From Squalus acanthias (lineage: Eukaryota), in assembly GCA_030390025.1 (NCBI GenBank), contig CM059431.1:138696001-138760000 (forward strand): a stretch of DNA of 64,000 nucleotides, written 5' to 3'. Under the pieces are notes generated by a model that was not told where the DNA came from, searched no databases, and saw nothing but the letters and a program-made list of their open reading frames with translations. The translations under genes were made by a program, and so were the position numbers. Shown one piece after another: positions 36,285 to 49,029 of the stretch (positions are counted from its first letter, which is position 1; each line of letters starts with the position of its first letter).

Positions 36285-39200
36285 TTTTACATTACTGGTG
36301 GAGACCCTACTCTAACATTACTGCTGGTGTCACTACTCAAACATTACTGGTGGTGACCCTTTTCTAACATTACTGGTGGTGAACCTACACTAACATTACT
36401 GGTGGTTACTCTACTCTAACATTACTGGTGGTCACCCTACTCTAACATTAATGCTGGTGACCCTACTCTAACATTACTGCTGGTGACACGACGCTGCCAA
36501 TAATTGTGTTGATCCTACTGTAACATTCCAGGTGATGACCCTATGCAACATTACTGAAGTTGAGCCTACACTCACAGTACATGTCATGAATCTAGGCTAC
36601 TAAAGCTGGCAGTGATTGTACTCCTACATTATTAGTGCTGATCCTGCTGTGAAATTACTGGTGGTGAACCTGATCTAACATTACTGGTGGTGAACCAACT
36701 CTAACATTACTGGTGGTGTCTCAACACTAACATTACTGGTGGTGACCCTGCTCTAACATTACTGGTGGTGTCCCTTCTCTTACATTACTGGTTGTGAACC
36801 TGTAATAACATTACTGGTGGTATCTCAACTCTAACATTAATAGTGGTGAACCTACTCTAAAATTACTGGTGTTGACCCTACTCTAACATTACTGATGGCG
36901 AACCTAAACCAACATTATTGATGGCGAACCTACTCTAACATTACTGCTGGTGTCTCAACTCTAACATTACTGGTGGAGTCTCAACGCTAACATTACTGGT
37001 GGTGAATCCACTCTAACATTACTGGTGGTGAACCTGCGCTAACATTACTGGTGGTGACCCTACTGTAACATTACTGGTGGTGCCTCAAGTCTAAAATTAC
37101 TGGTGGTGACCCTACTCTATCATTACTAGTGGTGACCCTACTCTAACATTACTGCTGCTGAACCTGCTCTAACATAACTGGTGGTGTCTCAACTCTAACA
37201 TTACTGGTGTTGACCCTACTCTAACATTACTGCTGTTGAACCTGCTCTAACATTACTGGTGTTGTATCAACTGTAACATTACTGGTGGTGACCCTACTCT
37301 AACATTACTTTTGGCGAACCTACTTTAACATTACTGGTGGTGTCTTAACTCTAACATCTCTAACATTACTGTTGGTGACCCTACTCTAACATTAATGGTG
37401 GAGAACCTACGCTAACATTACTGGCGATGACCCTCCTCTATCATTACTGGTGGTGACGCTATTTTAACATTTCTGGTGGTGACACTACTCTAACATTACT
37501 GGTGGTGACTATAATCTAACATTACTTTTGGTGACCCACTAACATTACTGGTGGTGACCCTATTCTAACATTACTGATGGTGACCCTACTCTATCATTAC
37601 TGTTGGTCACCCTGCAATAACATTACTGGAGGCGTGCCTAGTTGAAATTAATGGTGGTGACTCTACTTTTTTTATTAATGATGGTGGCCCTACTCGAAAA
37701 TTACTTGTGGTGACGCTACACTTACACGACAGTTGTTGATCCTACTCTAACATTAATGGTGTTGACCTTACTCTATCATTACTGGCGGTGAACCAACTCT
37801 TATATTACTGATGGTGACTCTACTCTAACATTAATGCTTGTGACCGTATTCGAACATTATTGGTGGTGACTCCACTCTAACATTACTGGTGGTAACAGTA
37901 CTCTTACGTTACAGGTGCTGAAACTACACTAACACAACTGATGGTGACACTGCTCTAACATAGCTGATTGTGACCGTAACCTAAAATCAATGGTGGGGAA
38001 CTTAAACTAACATTACTGATGGTGACTTACTGTAGCATTGCTGTTGGTGGAACTACACTAACATTACTGATGCTGACACTGTACTAACATTGCTGATGGT
38101 GAATCCACGCTAACATTATTGGTATTGACCATACCCTAACATAAATGTTGTCGTGTCTCTACTCTAGCATTACTGGTGGTGATTCGACTCAAACATTACT
38201 GGTGGTGAACCTACTCTAACATTACTGGCGGTGACCCTTCCATAACATTACAATGATGACCCTGCTCTAACAATACTGGTGGTGACTCTACTCTAACATT
38301 ACTAGTGGTAACGCTATGATAACTTTTATGGTGGTGATTCTACTCTATCGTTACTGGTGGTGACCCCACTCCAACATTACTGACAGTGAACCAATTCTAA
38401 TACTACTGGTGGTGAGCCTATGATAAATGTACTAGCGCTGACACTTCTCTAACGTTAATGGCGGTGATCCTACTCCAACATTACTGGTGGTGACCCTACT
38501 CTAACATTACTGATGGAGACCCTACTCTAACATTACTGGTGGTGAAACTACTTTAACATTACTGTTGTTGACCCTGGTCGAACATTACTGGTGGTGACGC
38601 TACTCTCACATTACTGGTGGTGATCCTACTGTAACATTACTGGTGGTGACACTACTCTAACATTACTGACTTTGACACGGTGATTACATTACTGCTGGTG
38701 ACACTACTCTAACATAACTGGCGCTGTCTCGACTGTAACATTACTGATGATGACCCCACTCTTACATTACTGGTTATGGCCCTATCCTAACATTACAGGT
38801 GATGACCCTACGCTAACATTAATGAAGTTGATCGTACTTTCAGTGTACATGTCAAGAAACTAGTCTAACATTACAAGTGGTGAACCTACTCTAAAATTAA
38901 TCTTGATATCCCAACTCTAACCTTACTGGTGTTGATCGTACTATAACGTTACTGTTGGTGACCTTACTCGAAAGTTTCTCCTCGTGAAACTAATTTAACA
39001 CTACTGATGGTGACAATTCTCCAACATTGCTGGTGGTGACCGTGATTTAAAATTACATTTGGTTACCCGACTCTGACATAACTGATTGTGACCCTTCTCT
39101 ATCATTGCTGTTGGCGACCCTACTCTAACATTATTGGTGGTGAATCTACTCCAAATGGTGGTGACCCACACTAACATTGCTGGTGCTGACTGCACTCAAA

Positions 39201-39910
39201 CATTACTGGTGGTGACTCAACTCCAACATTTCTTGTTGTGACCCTACTCGAACCGTTACTGGTGGTGAAACAACTCTATCATTACTGGTGGCGACCCTAC
39301 TCTAGCAATACAGTTGTTGACCCTACTCTAATATTATTGGCGGTGATCCTACTCTAACATTACTGGTAATGACTTTACTTTAACGTTACTGGTGGCGAAA
39401 CTATCTAACATTACTTGTGGTGTCCCTGGTTTAACATCACTCTTGCTGAACCTACTCTAAAACAACTGACTGTGACCCAACTCTAACATTCCTAGTGGTG
39501 ACCCTACTCTAACATTACTGGTTGTGACTGTATGATAACTTTACTGATGGTGATCCTACACTAACATATATGGTAGTGATCCTTCTGTAACATTACTGCT
39601 GATGCCGCACTCTAACATTACTGGTGGCTTACTTTACTCCAACATTACTGCTGGTAACTCTACTCTAACATTACTGATGGTGACACTATTCCAACATTAT
39701 TGGTGGTGAATCTACTCTAACATTATTGGTGTTTACCCTGCTCTAACATAACTGATGGTGACCCTACTCTATCGTTACTGGTGTTGAAACTACTCTAACA
39801 ATTCTGTTCGTGAACCTAGTCTAGCATAACTGATGGTGACCCTACTCTAACATTACTGATGGTGACCCTATTTTACATTACTGTTGGTAAGCCTATGATT
39901 AATTTACTGG
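36285..39910. repeat. 26-bp minisatellite array, left block
   Basis: Unit TAACATTACTGGTGGTGACCCTACTC with diverged variants. Confidence 0.97.
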
Positions 39911-39911
39911 T

Positions 39912-40372
39912 ATAAAAACAGAAAAAGCTGGAGGAACTCAGCAGGTCAGGCAGCATCTGTGAAGAGATAAACAGAGTTAACGTTTCAGGTCGATGACCTT
40001 TCGTCACAACTGGAATAAAGCAGAAAATTGAACAGATTTTTAAGCAAGTGTAGAGGCTGGGAAAGTGGGGAGGGGATGAAAGAACAAAAGGGAAGATCTG
40101 TGATAGGATAGAAGGTTGGAAGAGGTTAAGAGACATTAAGAGATTTTAAAGGCAAAAGGAGACGGTAATGGGACATTGTTAAGAAACAAAGGATGACTCC
40201 AGGTGAAGTGTAAATTGCGCTGGCAGAATAAAAGACAGCTGCCATGTGGGGGAGAAGAAAAAAAAGACAGACAAGGAGTCTGGATAAAAAAATATATATA
40301 TAAATGATAAGGGCTGAGGATATGATCTGAAATTGTTGAATTCTATGTTGAGTCCAGAGGGCTGTAAAGTGA
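39912..40372 (-). mobile_element. Penelope-like element 3' fragment (GIY-YIG end plus terminal repeat); a further probable piece at ~44960-45017
   Basis: Minus strand encodes TLQPSGLNIEFNNFRS, resembling the C-terminus of a PLE GIY-YIG endonuclease; hammerhead-like motif at 39974-40013. Confidence 0.7.
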
Positions 40373-40392
40373 CTAGAGGAGTAGACTAGGGT

Positions 40393-43300
40393 GTCATAGA
40401 GTCATAGTCATAGCGTTATACAGCACAGAAAGCGGCTCTTCGGCCCATTGTGTCCGCGCCGGCCATGAAGCCCTGTCTATTCTAATCCCATTTTCCAGCA
40501 CTTGGTCCGTAGCCTTGTATGCTATGGCGTTTCAAGTGCTCATCTAAATGCGTCATAATGTTGAGGATTCCTGCCTCTACCATCCTTTCAGGCAGTGAGT
40601 TCCATATTCCAACCACCCTCTGGGTGAAAAAGTTTTTTCCGGAAATCCCCTCTAAACCTCCTGCCCCTTACCTTGAAACCATGCCCCTGGTTATTGTGCC
40701 CTCTACTAAGGGAAATAGTTCCTTTATAACTACCCTCTATATGCCGCTCATAATTTTGTACACCTCAATCAGGTCCCCCCACAGCCTTCTCTGCTCTAAG
40801 GAGAACAACCCCACCCTGCCCAGTCTCTCTTCATAGCTGAAGCGCTGCAGCCCAGGTAACATCCTGGTGAATCTCCTCTGCACCCTCTCCAATGCAATCA
40901 CATCCTTCCTATCGAGTGGCAACCAGAACTGCACACAATATTCCAGCTGTGGCCTAATCGGCGTTTTGTACAGCTCCATCATAACCTCCCTGCTCTTATA
41001 TTCTATGCCTCGGCTAATGAAGGCAAGTATCCCATATGCCTTTTTAACCAATTTATCTAACTGACTTGCTGCCTTCAGGGATCTATGTACATGCACACCA
41101 AGGTCCCTCTGATCCTTTGTCCTTCCTATGTTCCTACCATTCATTCTGTATTCCGTTGCCTTGTTAGTCCCCCCAAAATGCATCACCTCACACTTTTCAT
41201 GGTTAAATTCCATTTGCCAGTCTTCTGCCCATCTAATCAACCCGTCTATATCGTCCTGTAGCCTGAGGCTTCCCTCCTCGCTATTTATCACTTCACCAAT
41301 TTTCGTGTCATCTACGAACTTACTGATCATACCTCCTATATTCATATCTAAATCATTAATGTACACTACAAACAGCAAAGGACCCAGCACCGATCCCTGC
41401 GGTACGCCACTGGACACAGGCTTCCAGTCACAAAAACAACCTTCGACCATCACCCTCCGCATTCTGCCACTAAGCCAATTTTGGATCCAATTTGCCAAGG
41501 TGCCCTGGAACCCATGGGCTCTTTCCTTCTTGACCAGTCGCCCATGCGGGACTTTGACGAAAGCCTTACTGAAGTCCATGTAGACCACATCAGCTGCACT
41601 ACCCTCATCCACACACCTAGTCATCTCCTCGAAAAATTCAATCAAATTGGTCAGACATGATCTCCCCCTGACAACGCCATGCTGACTATCCTTGTTTGAT
41701 CCTTGCCTCTCCAAGTGGAGACTAATTCTGTCCCTCAGAATGTTTTCCAATAATTTCCCTAGCACTATTGTTAGGCACACTGGCCTGTAATTCCCTGGTT
41801 TATCCCTACTACCCTTCTTGAATAAGTGTACTACGTTAGCTGTGCTCCAGTCCTCTGGCACCTCCCCTGTGGCCAGAGAGGTTATGAAAATTTGAGTCAG
41901 AGCCCCTGCAATCTCTTCCCTTGCCTCACACAGCAGCCTGGGATATATCTCGTCTGGGCCTGGGGATTTATCCACTTTTAAGCCCGCTAAAACCGCTAGT
42001 ATCTCCTCCCTCTCAATACTAATTTGTTCACGTATATCACAATCCCCCTGCCTGATTTCTATGCCTAAATCGTCCTTCTCCATAGTGAACACAGATGCAA
42101 AATATTCATTTAAAACCTCACCTACATCTTCCGACTCTACAAACAGATTGCCACTTTGGTCCCTAATGTGCCCTACTCTTTCCCTGGTGATCCTTTTGCA
42201 CTTAATATACTTGTAAAACACCTTGGGATTTTCCTTTCTTTTGCCCACCAGTGTTTTTTCATGCTCCCTCTTCGCTCTCCTAATTTCATTTTTAAGTGCC
42301 CCCCTGCACGTTCTATACTCCTCTAGGGCTTCCACTGTTTTTAGTCCTTTGTATCTGGCAAAAGCCTCCGTTTTTTTCCTAATCCATTCTTGTATATCCC
42401 TTGACATTCAGGGTTCCCTGGGCTTGTTGTTCCCACCCGTGACCTTTACGGGAGCATGTTGGCGTTGTACTCACTATTTCCTTTCTGAAAGACTCCCACT
42501 GCTCTGATGTGGATTTCCTGCAAGTAGCTGATCCCAGTCCACTTTGGCCAGATCCTGCCTTATGATATTACAATCGGCCTTCCCCCAATTTAGAACCTTT
42601 ATTTCCGTCCATCTTTGTCCTTTTCCATGACAACCTTAATTCTCGCCGAATTACGCTCACTCTCACCAAAATGCTCTCCTACTGTCACTTCGACCATTTG
42701 CCCGGCTGCATTCCCTAGAATTAGGTCCAGTACCGCCCCCTCTCTTGTAGGACTTTCTATATGCTGGCTCAAAAAGCTCTCCTGGATTCACTTTAACAAT
42801 TCCGCACCCTCTAAGCCTTTCACACCCTGACTATCCCACTTAATATTGGGGAAGTTGAAATCCCCTAATATTATTACCCTATTATTTCGACACTTCTCTG
42901 AGAATTGCCTACATATCTGTTCCTCTATCTCCCCTGACTATTTGGGGGCCTATAGTACACTCCCAGCAAAGTGCTTGCCCCCTTTTTTTTTTAAGTTCTA
43001 CCCATATGGCCTCATTTGAGGAACCTGCTAAGATATCATCCCTCCTTACAGCAGTAATTGACTCCTTGATTAATATTGCGACACCTCCTCCTCTTTTACG
43101 CCCCTCTTTGTCTCGCCTGAAGATTCTATACCCCGGAATATTGAGCTAGCTGTCCTGCCCCTCCCTTAACCATGTCTCTGTGAAAGCAACAATATCATAC
43201 TCCCATGTGTTCATCAACAGCTTCACTTCATCTGCCTTACTCGCAAGACTCCTTGCATTAAAATAAATGCCATCCAGCCTTGTCATACTCCTTTTGCCGT

Positions 43301-44957
43301 TACATATTTGCTCTGCCTTCCAGGCTGACTTGTTTTTTCCTCTATATTTGGCTGTGCATCACCCTCTACTATAGCTCCACTCCGTTTCCCATCCCTCTGC
43401 CAAGTTAGTTTAAACCACCCCCCTTAAACAGTACTAGCAAACTTCCCCGCAAGGATGTTTGTCCCGTTCCGGTTCGGGTGCAACCCGTCCGACTTGTACA
43501 GGTCCCAACTTCCCCAGAAGCAGACCCAGTGATCCAGGAAACTAAAGCCCTCCCTCCTGCACCAACTCTTTAGCCACGCACTCATCTGCTCTATCGTCCT
43601 ATTCCTATACTCACTCGCACGTGGCACCGGGAGTAATCCAGAGATTACAAAATTTGAGGTATTACTTTTTAATCTGCCACCTAGCTCCCTAAATACTTGT
43701 AGCAGGACCTCATCCCTCTTTCTACCCATGTCGTTGGTACCAATGTGAACCACGACCTCTGACGGTTCGCCCTCCCCCTTCAGAATGCCCTGCAGCAGTT
43801 CAGTGACATCCTTGACCCTGGCACCAGGGAGGCAACATACCATCCTGGAGTCACGTCTGCGGCCACAGAAACCTCTATTTGTTCCCCTTACGATAGAATC
43901 CCCTGTCACTATTGCTCTTCCACTCTTTTTCCTCCCCTCTTGTGCAGCTGAGCCACTCGTAGTGCCACAGACTTGGCTCCTGCTGCATTCCCCTGAGAAA
44001 CCATCTCCCCCCGCAGTATCCAAAAAGGAAAATCTGTTTGAGAGGAAGATGTACGCAGAGGACTCCTGCACTACCTTCCCAGTTCTTTTACTCTCTCTGG
44101 CGGTCACCCATTCCCTGTCTGCCTGTGCACTCTTTACCTGCAATTTGAACCATCTTGTTAAACGTGCTATCCATGAAGATCTCAGCTTCGCGGATGCTCC
44201 ACAGTGACTCCAGCCGCAGCTCCAGCTCTGAAACACGGATTTCGAGTAGCTGCAGCTGGAGACACTTCCTGCACATGTGTTCGCCCTGGACACCTAAAGT
44301 TTCGCTGAATTCATACATAGCACAGGAGGAGGACTCCAGGCTGCCGAGCTGCCCTGCCATGTCTTACCCTTAATTTGCACCATTTACTGCCTTTAAATTA
44401 AAGAATATTAAATACACTAGGAACCTTACTTCCCTTGAACCACTACTTACTCTAAACTAGAGACCTTACTTTTACTTTAACGACTGGAATGTAGAAACAC
44501 TGTAGAAATACTCACCGCAGGTTCTCTGTCCCCTGTTGTGCAGCTTTTTAGCGCCTGCTCTCCTGGAAGCTGACAAAGATAGAGAAAGAAAGGAACACCT
44601 CCCTCCCCTACTCCCTCACTCACCAAACTAGCAGCTTACCACTCTGTTCCGATCTGCACTCTAGCTTCCCTTATTTATACTGCTGAAATTTAAGTAAGTG
44701 AGCTCTCTGGCAGTTACTGAACCAGATTAGACCAGTTAATTAATTAATTGCTCTCACCTGCTCTCCAGCACAGAGCTTGCTTAGCCCTGCCCAAGCCTGG
44801 AAGAAACTTAAAACTTGAAACAGTACATTTCAATTTATGTTAAATGCTAATTGCAAGCATACAAGACAAGATTGTATATAAAAAAAGAGATTAACCTTTA
44901 AGAATCACTCCCTCACTCACCAAACTCGCAGCTTAACACTTTGTTCCGATCTGCACC
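40393..44957 (-). mobile_element. Near full-length, degenerate CR1 LINE (different subfamily)
   Basis: ORF1 remnants 44360-43410 (CRKCLQLQ, GDSIVRG, HIGTND, DGLHP); ORF2 RT 42407-40737 (GVPQGSVLGP, KFVDDTK); CTATGA-type tail; duplicated ~50-bp 5' UTR block at ~44610 and ~44907. Confidence 0.93.
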
Positions 44958-45017
44958 ATGTTGCAGAGGGAGCGGTCCCGACGGAATGCTGAAAGGGGAG
45001 CCAAGGGGAAGATGCGT

Positions 45018-46070
45018 TTAACACTACTGATGGTGACCATTCTCCAACATTACTGGTGGTGATCGTGAATTAACATTACTGTTGGTGACCCTACTCTAAC
45101 TGAACTTATTGTGACCCTACTCTGTCATTGCTGTTGGTGACCCTACTTCAACGTTATTGGTGGTGAAACTACTCCAATATTAATGGTGTTAACCCCACTC
45201 TGTTATTATTGGTGTTGAGCCAACTCTAACATTACTGATGGTGTTCCTACTCTAACATTACTGGTGTTCGCTCTACTCTAACATTACTTTTGGTGAACCT
45301 ACTCTAACATTACTGGTGGTGACCCTACTCTAATATTACCAGTGGTGACCCTACTCTAGCATTACTGGTGGTGACCCTACTCTAACGTTACTGATGGTGA
45401 TACTACTCTATCATTACTGGTGGTGACCCTACTCTAACATTACTGTTGTTGACACCACTCTAATATTATTGGCGGTGATCCTACTCTAACATTACTGGTA
45501 ATGACTCCAATCTAACGTTACTAGTTGCGAAACTATCTAACAATACTTGTGGTGTCCCTGGTTTAACATTACTCTTACTGACCCTACTCTAACACAACTG
45601 AATGTGACCCTACTCTACCATTCCAAGTGGTGACCCTACTTTAACATTACTGGTGATGACTCTATGATAACGTTACTGATGGTGATCCTACAGTAACATA
45701 AATGGTAGTGATCCTTCTGTAACATTACTGGTGATGCCCCACTCTAACATTACTGGTGGCTTACTTTACTCTAACATTACTGCTGGTAACTCTACTCTAA
45801 CATTACTGAAGGTGTCACTATTCGAACATTATTGGTGGTGACTCTACTCTAACCTTACTGTTGTTTAGCCTGCTCTAACATAACTGGTGGTGACCCTACT
45901 CTATCGTTACTGGTGTTGAAACTACTCTAACATTACTGTTGGTGAACCTGGTTGAACAATACTGTTCGTGACCCTACTCTATCATTACTGGTGGTGATTC
46001 TACTCTGACATTAATGCCGGTGAACCTACACTGACATTACTGGTGGTGACGCTGCTCTGACTTTAATGGC
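45018..46070. repeat. 26-bp minisatellite array, right block
   Basis: Same unit as 36285-39910; ends abruptly at the LTR. Confidence 0.95.
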
Positions 46071-47204
46071 TGTAGGCTTCGCAAAATCCCCCAGAAACTC
46101 GAACAGAGCCCTAAATGGAGTGATTTTTGGACTTTTCATACAAACTTGGGATGATGGGACCTCAGTGAAGTGATTTGATGTAAAAACCTAAAGATCACAA
46201 GAAGAAAACCTGAGGAAAATGACTTTTCGAATCTTACTGGGGAAAGACGCCTCCAGAGACACACAGGCTGCAGTGGGGCGTGGCCAGGCAGTGCAGTAAA
46301 CTGTCGACAAAAAAAACCTCACAAACACATTCAAATATGGATCCCCAGGGGCAAACAAAATGCTGGAAATCGAAAAACGATTCAATGACAATATAAAACC
46401 GATCACACAGTTTCATAGCCATTATCCCATCCAAAAAAACAATCAACCAGGTATCCAGAGAAAAGTTTTAAAAGCCCGCCAACAGAAGGACAATAGAGTG
46501 AAGATTTGGCACGTAGATAAGGCGGTGTTTTATTCGGAAAGCGATTAACACTAAGCAAAAACCATCGGAGCTGGCCAGCACGCCAAAAACGAGACAAAGG
46601 GTCATTTACATTCAAAAAGGAATTCGTTTTAGTAGGGGGTTTTGAGCGCGAAAATGGATACAGTATAATTTGAAAGCCTGGGCCATAATCTCTCTCTTTT
46701 CGGACTGACTACCACGCAAACACAGCTCTCTCTCCTTGCTCCAGCAAAACTTACCACAAGCCACGAGGAATGAGGCCAGGAGATCAGCACGCAAGAAGAA
46801 TCCAGAGCGACTGCCACAGTGGCCATCAGACACCTCGCAGCACCAAGGGCCTTACGGAGTCCTTTTAAACAAAAAGACTCTAAAATTCTGTCAAGGACTC
46901 GTTGGTGAGCATTATCCCTGATCTCCTGAAACCAAAAACCTAGCCAGATAGTGGGATATTTGGGAGGGATAAGGTTTTGTTTGATATATTGTCATTTCCC
47001 TCGCTTCTACCGTGTGTTCCTCGAATCTGTGTTTTAAGTAATAAGTGTGTTTCAAGTTTGTTACCTTTTTCTTTCAATAAAGTAAATTTCTTTCATCAGA
47101 AACTGTTTACTGCAATTTTGTTCACAATCCCTAAATAAGCCCAAAGTCTAGGAACCGGAGGGGTGTTGGTCGATTCGAACCGCTCACTTAAGATACCCCT
47201 TACA
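46071..47204 (+). repeat. 5' LTR (1134 bp)
   Basis: Starts TGTAGG, ends CTTACA; GC box, TATAAT at ~46665, AATAAA at ~47076. Confidence 0.95.
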
Positions 47205-47206
47205 TA

Positions 47207-49029
47207 ATGGCGACTGCGGCAGGACTTTGGCGAAAGGGTTGTGAAGCAGTAAATGCTGGTTTTGAGGAGATAACAAAAATGGAAGAGAGGATGTCATCCT
47301 ATGTATATAAAAAAGTAAATATCACCAAGAAATGGGTCCTCAGGCTGTTGCATGCTGAACGTCCTATGAACGCTGCAGCTGCATGGACTGAGAGCAAGGA
47401 ATACACTACGTCTGTGGAGAAAGCCAGATGGTTGGTCTGCTCCCAGAAACAAACGCATCTTATGGGGAAGCGCATTCAGGCTCTCACAGAAGAGCTAAAG
47501 GAAGAAAGCCAACTGTCCCGTGCCAGAGCTATAGCAGGGGATAGGTTGTTAGCAGAGCTCGGCACAAAAGATCAGGAACTGTCACAGATGCTGGAGGAAC
47601 ACCGTGCCAGTAAGGGATACCGCCAGTGTCAGGCCACCGAGGCCAAAAGTAGTGAACTGGCATTGCGGGAAGAGAACACCCGCCTTGCCAAGCAATTAAG
47701 GGAACTCACAGAGAAGTTAAACGATGTTCAGGCAGCCTATAGAGTAGCCAGTACAAGGGAGTTTGAGGTAGGGGACCACGGCCCCTGTCAGAAGCAGATT
47801 GAGAGTCTGAACCTTGCTCTGTCCAAGACGAAAGGCATGCTGTGCCTGATAAGTCCGGGTGCGGCCAGGGCAGACCTGGAAGGGCAGGGGGAGACTGTTC
47901 GATCACCACCTGTGGCGCCAAGGAGAAGCTTGGTTAGGCAGCAGGAGGTGCAGACAATCTGTGAGGCTGACAGGGACTGCACACCAGCACCTGTGGCGCC
48001 GAGTTTTGACTCGGTCTGGCAGCAGGGAGAGGGGGGCGAATCGATGCAGGAGAAGTCGGAGCCAGGGCCAATGTGCCGAGCACGACAGGAAAAATTCGGC
48101 CCGCCCGCCGGTGGTGGAGGTCAGGGACCCCTTGAAAGTCAATTCTTGACTCCCCACGGTACACAACAGCTTAGGGCTATGGTAAGCCACCTGAGTAAAC
48201 TTACCCAAAAGGAAGACCCCTCAGTCCACTTCATGGAGGTGGAACAATCAGGAGCCATTAACGATTGTGACAATGCCGAAATGGCAAAATTGCTGCTGTT
48301 CTCATTAGATGGCAAATTGTACCAGTCACTCTCTACTGAGAGCAAGGGAGGACAGACCGGGTATGCTGCCGTAAGGGAGGAAGTATTAGAGGCCATGGGA
48401 ATGACTGAGGGAAGTCCTTTCTCCCGGGTGGAGGAAACAGTGCAGCTCGCAGGGGAGACCGCACAGACTTTCGCAGACAGGCTGTGGCCGGTGTACAGGG
48501 GTGCTTGTAATGGGGCTCTCGACAGGGCTAACCTGAACCGGGACGAGCTGGCCCACTGGCTCCGTAGCCTAGTGGCAAACAGCTTGCCACGAGTCAAAGC
48601 CAAGGCTGAGCTTTGGTTTGACCCAAGAGATCCCCGGGTCACCGAGGAGGCAGTGGTCAGGCAACTGACCCTAGCCTACCGGAAGGGTAGGGGAGATGAA
48701 GACACCCCACCGAAAGGGAAGGTGCATGTGATAAAGCCCAGTCAGGATAAGAAGGAGTTGCACCAGGAAGGTGGTAAACCTTCCGACACGAAGCGTCCTG
48801 TTTCGGGTGCGGGAAGACTGGGCACTGGAGAAAGGACTGTAGGAATCCCTGGAAGGATAGCCTAGCAAATAAGTCCCCAACTCCTGCCCCAAAAGTAGAG
48901 GCTCTGACCTCTTTCCCCACACTGGACACAATAGTAGCGGCCATCAGCGTCCTGTTTGATGGCCCAGGGAAGGTGGCTACAGCCACTGGTGCTCTGATCC
49001 CATCTTCCCCATTCAACCCAGAGGCATGA
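47207..49029 (+). pseudogene. gag: gag (coiled-coil N-terminus, capsid-like region, CCHC knuckle); one frameshift near 48790
   Basis: 552-aa ORF from 47207; CFGCGKTGHWRKDC at 48799-48840 in a shifted frame that stays open to TGA at 49027-49029. Confidence 0.85.
47208..47224 (+). promoter_or_regulatory. Primer-binding site, tRNA-Ser-like
   Basis: TGGCGACTGCGGCAGGA three nt after the LTR; 13 of 17 match to the complement of the tRNA-Ser(AGA) 3' end TGGCGTAGTCGGCAGGA. Confidence 0.65.
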
